Shown here piece after piece: positions 1-9,809 of a stretch of DNA of 32,000 bases; positions within the stretch are counted from its first letter, which is position 1, and each line of letters opens with the position of its first letter. The stretch is from sequence record BTPI01000021.1, one strand, 5' to 3'. The notes beneath the pieces are model-generated. The model was not told the origin of the DNA and searched no databases. It saw only the letters and a list, made by a program, of their open reading frames with translations. The position numbers and the translations under genes are program-made.

Positions 1-1240
1 AAATTTAAAAATTAGTAAAGGGTTACTAAAAAACAAACTTGGCTGATTTTATTAGATAAGCTAGTTAAAAAAATAGAATTTTTTTAACTAGTTTATCTAA
101 GTTTGCCTTTGCCTAACGTTTTTGTATACAAAAACCTGGCATACAACTTGGTTGTATGCTCCCGTGCTTTGTTATAAAAACTTCGTTTTTATTAGCAAAT
201 GGAAACTAAGGTTGCCTTTGCTAGTTGATAAAATGAACTTTAATTTAAATACAATTCCAAGATCAAAGTCCAAACTTTTAATCCAGGTTAATTCTTTAAC
301 CAATTAAATAAAAACTTGCTTCGTTACTAAGTGTTAACTTATGTTTATCTTTATTGTTTTGTTTTAAAAAATAAACAGATTTTCTTTCTATTAAAAATTA
401 GTAGCGAAGTAACTAGCAAGTAAGTAGTTAATACAATCAAGCAAAGTTTAATTTTATTAACTACTTACTTTGTTAGCAACTCTAAAAGCATTGCAAAATA
501 AAAATATATATTATATCAGTACAATGTACTTCATAAACATTTATTTATAACAAATATTATTTTTTAAATCAATTAATAGTGATAATTTAAAAATTGCTTC
601 AAAAATTTATACAAATATTTAAGTAATCGTTTTTTTATTTTAGCAAAAAAAAATTCTAAAAATCTACACATTTCATTAAAAAAAGTGAAATCATTCCTTT
701 AGAAAAATTAAATTGTTTTATCAATATGTAAAATACTAATAAATAAAAAAATTAATACTGCATTAAAACTATTGGAAATGTATTTATAATAACTATATTC
801 TTTTATTATGTATTTATTATCAATAAGTTTTACAAAAAATAAAAGTTTAAAATATAAATATTATAAATTAGATTAAGAATGAAATATATTTTAAATTTGT
901 TAAATAAATTACAAAAAATTTTAAATAATAGTAAAGCAATTTTTAATTAAAAAACTTTGTAGTTAAAAAAATTAGTTTTATTTTTTTATTAGATTATTTA
1001 ATTTCAAATTAACTTGAAATTAAATAAAAAATGACTTAGCTAGAAAAAAATTTCTTTTTATTATCAAAGGCTTACTTCGTTTTTTGCTTTGTTATATAAG
1101 CAGAAAACTTCGTTTTCTGCTTATATAACAAAGGCTTGTTGCAAAAATCTGTGATTTTTGTAACAAAGTAACTAATAAAAAATACCTTTTGCAAGAATAA
1201 AACTATGTTTTATTCCAGGCCAGCTACCTGTTATAAAAAA

Positions 1241-1423
1241 TACAAAGTATTTTTTATTAGTTGCCCTTTGTTGGACTAGCGAAGCAAGCCTTAGTTTAAA
1301 AGCGAAGCTTTTAAATAATGCTAGCTTCGCCAGCAAAGGCAAAACAAAGTTTTGTCTTACCGCAGGGTTGTAAATAAAATCAAACGAAGTTTGATTTTAT
1401 CAACGACTGCGCTACTGCGCTAC
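1241..1423 (+). repeat. Composite dispersed repeat R1, copy 1 (~183 bp)
   Basis: tacaaagtattttttattagttgccctttgttggactagcgaagcaagcc...gactgcgctactgcgctac; near-identical to 3709-3891 and 10113-10288, and in reverse complement to 17404-17580. Confidence 0.9.
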
Positions 1424-1765
1424 TAAATCTTCCTAATAAAACAAGCTTTGCTTATTTTACCCTTTGCCTTTCTTGTTTTTTCCTTTGCTAATAAAAACGA
1501 AGTTTTTATAACAAAGCAAGGGACGGAGTTAAAAAACAAGCAAGAGAGGTTTTACAAACCCTTGCTTTGCAAAGCAAAGGGAAAGCAAGCAAAGCTTGTT
1601 TTATTGGGAATAAAGTAAGACTTTATTTAATTTGAAATTAAAATAGATGCTTTGCCAATCAAAATGAAATTTTTCTAAGCAAAACAACAATAACTTGCAT
1701 CATATTAAAAATTTTTACCAAAATAAGTTGGTAATCAATATAATTTTTAAAATAAGGAAATTATT

Positions 1766-3298
1766 ATGAAATTAGCATATTGGATGTATGCTGGACCCGC
1801 ACATATTGGTACGCTGCGAGTTGCTAGCTCATTTAAAAATGTTCATGCAATTATGCATGCACCATTAGGTGATGATTATTTTAACGTAATGCGATCTATG
1901 TTAGAACGAGAAAGAGATTTCACTCCGGTAACTGCTAGCATTGTAGACAGACATGTATTAGCCCGAGGTTCACAAGAAAAGGTAGTAGAAAATATTACTC
2001 GAAAAGATAAACAAGAAAAACCTGATTTAATTGTTTTAACCCCAACTTGTACATCAAGTATTTTACAAGAAGACTTACAAAATTTTGTGAATCGAGCTGC
2101 TAGCGAGTCGGATTCAGATGTTATTTTAGCTGATGTAAATCATTACAGAGTAAACGAATTACAAGCTGCAGATCGAACTCTTGAACAGATTGTTCGTTTT
2201 TATATAAAAAAGGCTGAAAAACAAAATATTTTAGATTTGACAAAAACAGAAAAGCCTTCGGCAAATATTATTGGTATGTTTACCTTGGGTTTTCACAATC
2301 AACATGATTGTAGAGAATTAAAACGGCTTTTAAACGATTTAGGTATTGGAATAAATCAAGTAATTCCTGAAGGTGGTTCTATTCCAGATTTACAAAATCT
2401 CCCAAAGGCATGGTTTAATTTAGTACCGTATCGCGAAATTGGATTAATTACGGCAAATTATTTACAAACCGAGTTTAATATGCCATATATTACTACAACT
2501 CCAATGGGTATTGTAGATACAGCTAATTGTATACATGAAATTAAAAAAATTCTTGATGCTAACAATTATACTTCAAAAATAGACTTTGAAAATTATATTG
2601 ACCAACAAACAAGGTTTGTATCGCAAGCAGCTTGGTTTTCACGATCAATTGATTGTCAAAATTTGACTGGAAAAAAAGCCATTGTTTTTGGCGATGCTAC
2701 TCATGCTGCTTGTATGACAAAAATTTTAGCACGAGAAATGGGGATACGAGTTTCTTGTGCTGGTACGTATTGTAAACATGATGCAGATTGGTTTCGAGAG
2801 CAAGTACAAGGCTTTTGTGATCAAGTATTAATTACTGATGATCACACTCAAGTTGGAGATATGATTGCCAAAATGGAACCATCAGCGATTTTTGGCACTC
2901 AAATGGAAAGACACATTGGAAAACGTTTAGATATTCCATGTGGAGTTATTTCTGCTCCAGTCCATATTCAAAATTTTCCACTTGGATATCGTCCTTTTTT
3001 AGGATATGAAGGAACAAATCAAATAGCTGATTTAGTATATAATTCCTTTACATTAGGCATGGAAGATCATTTATTAGAAATTTTTGGAGGGCATGATACA
3101 AAACAAGTTATTACAAAATCATTATCTACTGATTCTAATTTAAGCTGGGCACCTGATGGAATAGCTGAATTAAATAAAATTCCTGGTTTTGTTCGTGGAA
3201 AAATAAAAAGAAATACAGAAAAATTTGCTCGTGAAAAAAATATCAATGAAATTACTGTAGAAATTATGTATGCTGCAAAAGAAGCAGCAGGCGCATAA
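1766..3298 (+). CDS. chlB: Light-independent protochlorophyllide reductase subunit B
   Basis: Intact 510-aa ORF. N-terminus [39 protein letters not shown] and the length are typical of ChlB. Purine-rich AAGGAA lies just upstream of the ATG. TAA stop. Confidence 0.95.
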   Translation: MKLAYWMYAGPAHIGTLRVASSFKNVHAIMHAPLGDDYFNVMRSMLERERDFTPVTASIVDRHVLARGSQEKVVENITRKDKQEKPDLIVLTPTCTSSILQEDLQNFVNRAASESDSDVILADVNHYRVNELQAADRTLEQIVRFYIKKAEKQNILDLTKTEKPSANIIGMFTLGFHNQHDCRELKRLLNDLGIGINQVIPEGGSIPDLQNLPKAWFNLVPYREIGLITANYLQTEFNMPYITTTPMGIVDTANCIHEIKKILDANNYTSKIDFENYIDQQTRFVSQAAWFSRSIDCQNLTGKKAIVFGDATHAACMTKILAREMGIRVSCAGTYCKHDADWFREQVQGFCDQVLITDDHTQVGDMIAKMEPSAIFGTQMERHIGKRLDIPCGVISAPVHIQNFPLGYRPFLGYEGTNQIADLVYNSFTLGMEDHLLEIFGGHDTKQVITKSLSTDSNLSWAPDGIAELNKIPGFVRGKIKRNTEKFAREKNINEITVEIMYAAKEAAGA

Positions 3299-3361
3299 AA
3301 TATTTTTCTGAAATTACTCTTTATTACTACTCTCAATATAAAGTAATTATATTTATTTATA

Positions 3362-3433
3362 GGGTTGCTAACTCGATGGTAGAGTAGTCGGCTTTTAACC
3401 ATTTTGTTCTAGGTTCAAGTCGTGGGCAACCCA
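3362..3433 (+). tRNA. trnK: tRNA-Lys (anticodon UUU), with atypical stem mismatches
   Basis: 72-nt cloverleaf. Acceptor GGGTTGC/GCAACCC is 7/7 and D stem ACTC/GAGT is 4/4. Anticodon loop CTTTTAA gives UUU; T loop is TTCAAGT; discriminator A. The anticodon stem GTCGG/CCATT has two mismatches and the T stem CTAGG/CGTGG has one G-G mismatch. Confidence 0.7.
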
Positions 3434-3496
3434 ATAAGTATAATTTTTAATAAAAAAATTTATTAATTTTATTTACAAGCCTATAGCTAGCTTGTT

Positions 3497-3526
3497 ATAT
3501 TTTTCACACAAGTGTGTGAAAAATAT
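3497..3526. terminator. Perfect 13-14 bp hairpin downstream of chlB-trnK (possible 3' end stabilising stem-loop)
   Basis: atatttttcacaca-ag-tgtgtgaaaaatat palindrome 64 nt after trnK; one arm recurs at 3905-3919. Confidence 0.3.
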
Positions 3527-3708
3527 TACAAAGGCCTTTTGGTAGCCTAATTAAATTTCACTTTGTGAAATTTAATAATAGCTGTTATAAAAAATACCTT
3601 TTGTAAGAATAAAACCTAGTTTTATTCTAAGCCTAATTAAATTTCACAAAGTGAAATTTAATAATACCTGTTATAAAAAATATTTTGTATTTTTTATTAT
3701 TGCTGCGC

Positions 3709-3891
3709 TACAAAGTATTTTTTATTAGTTGCCCTTTGTTGGACTAGCGAAGCAAGCCTTAGTTTAAAAGCGAAGCTTTTAAATAATGCTAGCTTCGCTA
3801 GCAAAGGCAAAACAAAGTTTTGTGTTACCGCAGGGTTGTAAATAAAATCAAACTTCGTTTGATTTTATCAACGACTGCGCTACTGCGCTAC
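3709..3891 (+). repeat. Composite dispersed repeat R1, copy 2
   Basis: Collinear with 1241-1423 apart from a few substitutions and a flipped hairpin loop (TTC at 3854-3856 versus GAA at 1386-1388). Confidence 0.9.
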
Positions 3892-4256
3892 AAACTTGTT
3901 GCCAGTGTGTGAAAAATATGACAAAAAACAGATTTAAATTATTATATAAAAAATTTTTTTACTTTAAATCAATTTTTACCCTTTTTTAGATGTAAAAAAA
4001 ATTCTCAAAAAGTATTGTAAATTGTTTATAAAAAACATAGTTTTTTTATTAGCAAGGGTTCGAAGAACCTCGTAAAACAAGCTTTGCTATTTTTATTAGG
4101 AGCATACAACAAAGTTCAGGTTTTTGTATACAAAAACGTTAGGGGGTTTTGGAAAAATAATTTAATCCTAAGAGACAATGTGCATTACAACAGCGTTTAC
4201 ATACCGTACTACACCTTTTATTGACAAATTAAAATTTAATTTTAGGTTCACTTTAA

Positions 4257-4775
4257 TTAGATAATTGGTGAATTACCTATATCATTTTCTTCTAGCTCAA
4301 ACATGATATAGCCATCGTCAGGTCCAGGTTGACCTTCATAATTTGAAGGCCCAGCTTCAAGATACGGCTGATCTGGCCAGTCATATAATAAAACATAATA
4401 TACTTTGTATTCATTTTCTCGTTTTACATTTCTTTTTATTTTTTTTTCTTTTTTTGCTTCTACTTTAGATTCTATTTTTTGTTCTATTTTTTCAAGCCTA
4501 ATTATAATTTGTTCTATCCAACATAAGGCATTTTGATATATTCTATAACCGTTTTGAATTATTTCTTTGTGTGAAAAAACAGTTTCTCCACGGCTATAAA
4601 GGGGTTCAATATTAAGATCACAAATGTCGTTTGCAATTTGTTTTCTGTCACTGTCACTTAGCTGATGAGATCCAGTTAGTTGATCTATCTCTAAATCAAT
4701 AGATGAGGGGTAACTTTGGCTTTCTCATGCTGAATCATCTACATTTTTATTTCTAGTACGTTTCTTTTTTTTCAT
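4257..4775 (-). pseudogene. Hypothetical ORF in the same frame as the upstream ORF168, interrupted by an in-frame TGA; unknown function
   Basis: Manual minus-strand translation: ATG at 4775-4773, MKKKKRTRNKNVDDSA, TGA at 4727-4725, then 155 open codons (ESQSYPSSIDLEIDQLTGSH...DWPDQPYLEAGPSNYEGQPGPDDGYIMFELEENDIGNSPII), TAA at 4259-4257. Missing from the ORF track because no start codon follows the TGA. Confidence 0.45.
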
Positions 4776-4790
4776 ATTTAATTTAGTAAT

Positions 4791-5297
4791 TTACGGCAAA
4801 ATTCTTTTTGTTTTCGCTCTTCGTGCTACCCAAGGTTGTGCTGGGGCAGGTAAACTATGAAATTCTTTTGGAACTATTGTAATTAGACGTCTGTATACTT
4901 CGGGTCTATAAAACCAACCCTCCTTATTACAATTTGGGTTCTCATTCTTATGGAGTTTCGGATCTGACTGCACAACTACCATTAAATAATATTCTTGTAC
5001 TCGATTATTTATTTTTAGCGAAATATTTAAATTTCTGAAAAAATTTTTATTTTGTTCAGAATTTGCAGGAATTGGGGTGTCTTTATAATTTTTTTTATTC
5101 AAAATTTCTGGTTTGTATATTCGATAGTTTGGGTCAAGGTCATTAGAGATGTCATAAAGGTCACGCTTGTAAAATTTTGGAATTTCATTTTCGTTAAAGA
5201 CATTTGGATTTGCTGTCGTTGCAGAAGCTGGAAAAATATAAGTTGCTGTATACCCGTATTCGTTGTGCCCTAAATAATATAAATTATTTATATCCAA
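4791..5297 (-). CDS. Hypothetical protein (ORF168), no recognisable family; possibly part of a decaying longer gene
   Basis: 168-codon ORF from the track. Its start is TTG (5297-5295), not ATG, and the first in-frame ATG is about codon 105. The frame is already open from 5372. Such a long open frame is unlikely by chance at this AT content. Confidence 0.4.
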   Translation of the reverse strand: MDINNLYYLGHNEYGYTATYIFPASATTANPNVFNENEIPKFYKRDLYDISNDLDPNYRIYKPEILNKKNYKDTPIPANSEQNKNFFRNLNISLKINNRVQEYYLMVVVQSDPKLHKNENPNCNKEGWFYRPEVYRRLITIVPKEFHSLPAPAQPWVARRAKTKRILP

Positions 5298-5447
5298 TAT
5301 TTGAGACCGAAGAAAGTCATGAAAAACATCTATATTATGAGTTGAAATACCAAATTTAATAAACAGTTCTGACTAAAAATGTAAGTTTAAAAAAAAAATT
5401 TAAAAAATAAGACTACAGCTTTTAACTCTTAAAGCACTCTCTATGTA

Positions 5448-5492
5448 TGTAATTATTTAAATGTATAATTATTTAAATGTGTAATTATTTAA
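5448..5492. repeat. Tandem repeat, ~15 bp x 3
   Basis: tgtaattatttaaa / tgtataattatttaaa / tgtgtaattatttaa in tandem, ending in the palindrome tgtaattatttaattaca. Confidence 0.8.
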
Positions 5493-6023
5493 TTACATTA
5501 TTTTTATTGACAATTTGTATAAGCATTCCTTGTCCGCTTGCTTTGCTTATATTTAAACAAAGTTGAAATATTAGCAAAGAAGAGTTGTACAAATTTTTTT
5601 ATTGGCTAGTCCAACAAAGGCCTTTTGGTAGCCAGCTACCTGCAAGGTTGCCCTTTGGTCGCAATATACCCGCAGGGTTTTAAATAAAATCAAACTTGAA
5701 CAGAGTTCCAAACATACAACTTTGTTGTATGTCAGGTTTTCGAAGAAAACAAGCTAGTTGCAAAGTTTGATTTTATCAACGACTGCGCTACAAACTTATC
5801 GGATGTTTATAATACACAAAAATTATATTTTTGTGTATTTGTTTACATATTAAACTATGTATTTATATATAAATTATAAAGAAAGAGTTTTTAGAAAGGT
5901 GTTGTTTACTAATAAATTTAACTCAAAGTTAAATTATAATTTTTGTCAGCACATATAGCTTTGCTTTATTTAAATTTTATATTATTTAAATATAAAAAAA
6001 ATTAAAAGATATAAAGTATTTTT

Positions 6024-6028
6024 AGGAG
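6024..6028 (+). promoter_or_regulatory. Shine-Dalgarno-like AGGAG upstream of psaA
   Basis: AGGAG lies 7 nt before the psaA ATG at 6036. Confidence 0.35.
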
Positions 6029-6035
6029 AAATTCG

Positions 6036-7139
6036 ATGACAATTAGTCCACCAGAATCACAAGCGAAAAAGGTGAAAATTGTAGTAGATCGAAATCCAGT
6101 TGAAACAAGTTTTGAAAAATGGGCTAAACCAGGACATTTTTCTAGAACTTTATCTAAGGGTCCGACTACTACAACTTGGATTTGGAACTTACATGCTGAC
6201 GCACACGATTTTGATAGTCATACAAGTGATCTTGAAGAAATTTCAAGAAAAGTATTCAGTGCTCATTTTGGTCAATTAGGTATTATATTAATTTGGCTTA
6301 GTGGCATGTATTTTCATGGCGCTCGTTTTTCTAATTATGAAGCTTGGTTAAGTGATCCTACTCATATTAAGCCAAGTGCGCAAGTAGTTTGGCCAATTGT
6401 AGGTCAAGAAATTTTAAATGGCGATGTTGGAGGAGGTTTTCAAGGAATTCAAATTACTTCAGGTTTTTTCCAACTTTGGCGAGCAAGTGGAATTACAAGT
6501 GAATTACAACTTTATAGTACAGCTATTGGTGGGTTAGTATTAGCAAGTGCTATGTTTTTTGCTGGATGGTTTCATTATCACAAAGCTGCACCTAAACTAG
6601 AATGGTTTCAAAATGTAGAGTCAATGTTAAATCACCATCTTGCAGGATTGTTAGGTCTAGGAAGTTTAGGTTGGGCAGGACATCAAATTCATGTTTCATT
6701 ACCTATTAACAAATTATTAGATGCTGGTGTTGATCCAAAAGAAATTCCATTACCACATGAATTTTTACTAAATCGTGAGTTAATAACTCAACTGTATCCA
6801 AGCTTTGCAAAAGGACTTACTCCTTTTTTTACAATCAATTGGAATGAATATAGTGATTTTCTAACGTTTAAAGGAGGCTTAAACCCAGTAACTGGTGGTT
6901 TGTGGTTAACAGATACTGCTCATCATCACTTGGCTATTGCTGTATTATTTTTAGTAGCAGGACATATGTATCGTACTAATTGGGGAATTGGACATAGCAT
7001 CAAAGCTATTTTAGAAGCCCATAAGGGTCCTTTTACAGGTGAAGGTCATAAAGGTTTATATGAGATTCTTACGACTTCTTGGCATGCACAACTAGCTATT
7101 AATTTAGCATTATTTGGCTCATTATCAATTATTGTGGCT
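6036..7139 (+). CDS. psaA: Photosystem I P700 apoprotein A1, exon 1 (codons 1-368)
   Basis: [39 protein letters not shown]... is typical of PsaA. Conservation stops at ...SLSIIVA and the track ORF then reads into intron sequence. The exon ends in T7139, which pairs with G7150 in P1. Confidence 0.95.
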
Positions 7140-8420
7140 TAATACGATGGGTCACATTAAACTTCGCTATATGCTGGGACAACTCGGTATTTTATTCTTT
7201 TAATACGTTTATTCCAATGTTCACGTCTAAAGTCCTAAATGCGCTTTACACTATACTACTACATAGAAATGATCTAAACTGGAGTATATGTTTAAAAAAG
7301 CAATATTTTACGGTAAAATCTTATAGACAGGGTTAATCAGCAGGAAACTATTTTACAGTAATAAAAAATTAAAAAACTTTTTTTATAGTAAGCTTTATAT
7401 TTCATATGAAAATAGGATCCTCAGAGACTACACGCGAAGCACTTGATTTTCATTTTTCTGAATATACTAAAGTAAAACCAAGTCATATACAAAAAATCGA
7501 TATAGCTTTTTTAGAATGGTTTATAGGATTTGTGGAAGGCGATGGAAGCTTTATAGTAGGAACTTCGACTGGAAAAAAACGTAAAACAATTTCGTTTTGT
7601 ATCAATCAAAAAGATAGTAAATTGATGTACAAAATAAAAAAAAAGCTTGGATTTGGAATTGTCACTACCTTTGTGCAAAATAATGAAACATATCACAGAT
7701 ATGCTGTGTATACTATTCAGAATATTATTAGATTAATTCATTTGTTTAATGGGAATTTGCTTTTAAATAAAGTGAATACTCGTTTTAAACTGTGGTTAAA
7801 TGAGTTTAACACACTTTATAGTGATAGTGTAACTTTGTCTACTCATATTCCCATTTTGCATCAATCATGCCAATCAACATTAAGTTTAAATTCTGCTTGG
7901 CTTTCAGGGTTTACAGATGCTGAAGGTGGCTTTTATGCGAGTTTAACTAAGCAAACAAACTTAAAATTACAATATCGTTTAAGAATGAAGTTTTATATTA
8001 CCCAAAAATATGAGCTTGAGGTTTTAAAAAATATCGTAAAGTTGATACATCAAAATAGTAATCAAAGTAATGATACGAGTTTTGATTCAGTTCGTTACAT
8101 TTCAAATTTCAAACTTGATTTTTATAGATTAGAAATTAGTACACATGCTTATGTTTTGAGAACAATAGCATATTTTGAAAAATATCAATTGCAAGGAAAA
8201 AAACATATTGTTTTCAATCGTTGGAAACGTATTTACTTGAATAAAGATATACTAAAAAAACAAGCTAGTAGTTCTGAAAAAGCTTTTACACGTTTTAAAA
8301 GGTTAGTAAGTTCAGTTCAAAATAGTGAAAATTAAGTTGAAGATATAGTCCACATAAAAAGGTATTGGACATATTTTTCTGTCAATGTAAATTGAAATCA
8401 ATATGTATACTTTTTATTAG
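7140..8420 (+). mobile_element. Group I intron in psaA (1281 nt) carrying a homing endonuclease ORF
   Basis: P1: exon TGTGGCT (7133-7139) pairs with intron GGTCACA (7150-7156) and includes the U-G wobble at the splice site. P10: GATG (7146-7149) pairs with the CATC that starts exon 2. Core elements occur in the canonical order: P atgctgggacaa 7171-7182, Q aatcagcagg 7335-7344, R tcagagactacacg 7421-7434, S aagatatagtcc 8340-8351. The terminal nucleotide is G8420. Joining the exons restores [17 protein letters not shown]. Confidence 0.9.
7406..8335 (+). CDS. Intron-encoded LAGLIDADG homing endonuclease (two-motif, monomeric type)
   Basis: 309-aa ORF inside the intron with two LAGLIDADG-type motifs, LEWFIGFVEGDGSF and AWLSGFTDAEGGF, about 125 residues apart. 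Confidence 0.88.
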   Translation: MKIGSSETTREALDFHFSEYTKVKPSHIQKIDIAFLEWFIGFVEGDGSFIVGTSTGKKRKTISFCINQKDSKLMYKIKKKLGFGIVTTFVQNNETYHRYAVYTIQNIIRLIHLFNGNLLLNKVNTRFKLWLNEFNTLYSDSVTLSTHIPILHQSCQSTLSLNSAWLSGFTDAEGGFYASLTKQTNLKLQYRLRMKFYITQKYELEVLKNIVKLIHQNSNQSNDTSFDSVRYISNFKLDFYRLEISTHAYVLRTIAYFEKYQLQGKKHIVFNRWKRIYLNKDILKKQASSSEKAFTRFKRLVSSVQNSEN

Positions 8421-9572
8421 CATCATATGTACAGCATGCCTCCGTATCCTTATTTGGCAACAGACTACGCAACGCAACTCTCTATCTTTACACATCATAC
8501 TTGGATTGGTGGATTTTGTATTGTTGGTGCGGGTGCTCATGCTGCTATATTTATGGTACGAGATTATGATCCTACAAATAATTACAATAATTTATTAGAT
8601 CGAGTTATTCGACATAGAGATGCCATTATTTCTCATTTAAACTGGGTTTGTATTTTCCTTGGATTCCATAGTTTCGGTTTATACATTCATAATGATACTA
8701 TGAGTGCTTTAGGTCGTCCACAAGATATGTTTTCTGATACAGCAATTCAATTACAACCTGTATTTGCTCAGTGGGTTCAAAATACTCATTTCTTAGCCCC
8801 ACAATTAACAGCTCCAAATGCTTTAAATGCAACCAGTCTTACTTGGGGAGGAGATATTGTTGCTGTAAGTGGAAAAGTAGCAATGATGCCTATTTCTTTA
8901 GGAACAGCAGACTTTTTAGTTCATCATATTCATGCTTTTACTATTCATGTAACAGTTTTAATTTTACTAAAAGGAGTGCTTTATGCCCGTAGTTCTCGTT
9001 TGATACCAGATAAAGCAAATTTAGGCTTCCGTTTTCCATGCGATGGACCGGGACGTGGTGGTACTTGTCAAGTATCAGCTTGGGATCACGTTTTCTTAGG
9101 TCTTTTCTGGATGTATAACGCGTTGTCAATTGCAATTTTTCATTTTAGTTGGAAAATGCAATCTGATGTATGGGGTACAGTAAATGCTTCTGGTGTTTCT
9201 CATATTACAGGTGGAAATTTTGCTCAAAGTGCAAACACTATTAATGGTTGGTTGCGTGACTTCTTATGGGCACAATCTTCACAAGTTATTCAATCTTATG
9301 GTTCAGCATTATCTGCATATGGATTAATTTTCCTAGGAGCACACTTTGTTTGGGCATTTAGTTTAATGTTCTTATTCAGTGGTCGTGGTTATTGGCAAGA
9401 ACTTATTGAATCTATTGTTTGGGCTCATAATAAATTAAAAGTTGCTCCGGCAATTCAACCAAGAGCTTTAAGTATTACTCAAGGTCGTGCAGTTGGTGTA
9501 GCTCATTATTTATTAGGGGGTATTGGAACTACTTGGGCATTTTTTTTAGCAAGAATTATTGCAGTAGGTTAA
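8421..9572 (+). CDS. psaA: Photosystem I P700 apoprotein A1, exon 2 (383 codons plus stop)
   Basis: Begins [32 protein letters not shown] and contains [12 protein letters not shown]. In frame with exon 1; the spliced product is 751 aa. Confidence 0.95.
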   Translation, partial: HHMYSMPPYPYLATDYATQLSIFTHHTWIGGFCIVGAGAHAAIFMVRDYDPTNNYNNLLDRVIRHRDAIISHLNWVCIFLGFHSFGLYIHNDTMSALGRPQDMFSDTAIQLQPVFAQWVQNTHFLAPQLTAPNALNATSLTWGGDIVAVSGKVAMMPISLGTADFLVHHIHAFTIHVTVLILLKGVLYARSSRLIPDKANLGFRFPCDGPGRGGTCQVSAWDHVFLGLFWMYNALSIAIFHFSWKMQSDVWGTVNASGVSHITGGNFAQSANTINGWLRDFLWAQSSQVIQSYGSALSAYGLIFLGAHFVWAFSLMFLFSGRGYWQELIESIVWAHNKLKVAPAIQPRALSITQGRAVGVAHYLLGGIGTTWAFFLARIIAVG

Positions 9573-9809
9573 ATTATATTTTCCTTTGCTAATAAAAACG
9601 AAGTTTTTATAACAAAGCAAGGGAAAAAACGTTTTTGCTAATAAAAACAAAGTTTTTATTAGCAAAAAGTTGTGGTAGTTGATAAAATCAAACTAAATTT
9701 GATTTTATCAACTACCTTTTGGTATTTAGCTACCAAAAAGTTGCCCTTTGTAAGAATAAAACTATGTTTTATTCTAAGCAATATAGCCATTATCAAAAAT
9801 ACTTTGGCA

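Noticed and set aside
122-307. 61-aa ORF in the first repeat cluster. The same applies to ORFs 9672-9857, 17293-17475, 18721-18939, 19358-19582, 19805-20023, 22551-22874, 26821-27024, 27998-28195 and 30554-30772.
   Set aside because: All lie entirely within dispersed hairpin-repeat clusters. Their peptides (for example FLLAKGK, VIKTSFLLAK, YKNFVFISK) are simply translations of the recurring modules in various frames and orientations. They stay open by chance: palindromic modules that lack stops in one frame also lack them in the matching frame on the other strand.
1241-1423. R1, R2 and R3 composites as transposons or MITEs.
   Set aside because: I could find no terminal inverted repeats that define a unit, no target-site duplications and no transposase ORF. 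Copy ends are ragged and merge into neighbouring modules, which fits recombination or gene-conversion spread better than transposition.
3067-3402. ORFs antisense to or overlapping known genes: 3067-3402 (chlB/trnK), 5052-5273, 7511-7696, 8771-8992, 8941-9135, 10772-10966, 12057-12254 and 29343-29528.
   Set aside because: Each overlaps a strongly supported conserved gene or ORF in another frame or on the other strand. None has a recognisable motif. They are typical shadow ORFs.
5691-5720. tRNA-like T-arm strings (cttgaacagagttc, ggttcgaag, gggttcggagaacc) at 5691-5720, 4048-4062, 18375-18390 and 28895-28915.
   Set aside because: These are simple hairpin modules of the repeat families. No acceptor, D or anticodon arms can be built around them.
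8365-8598. 77-aa ORF spanning the intron/exon 2 boundary of psaA.
   Set aside because: It is out of frame with psaA exon 2 and crosses the well-supported 3' splice site at 8420/8421. It is a chance ORF.
6036-9572. Possibility that psaA is trans-spliced, contains a group II intron, or exists as two separate gene fragments.
   Set aside because: Both exons are collinear on the same strand. The intervening 1281 nt has group I hallmarks (U-G at P1, terminal G, P/Q/R/S elements, LAGLIDADG ORF) and lacks the group II GUGYG 5' end and domain V.
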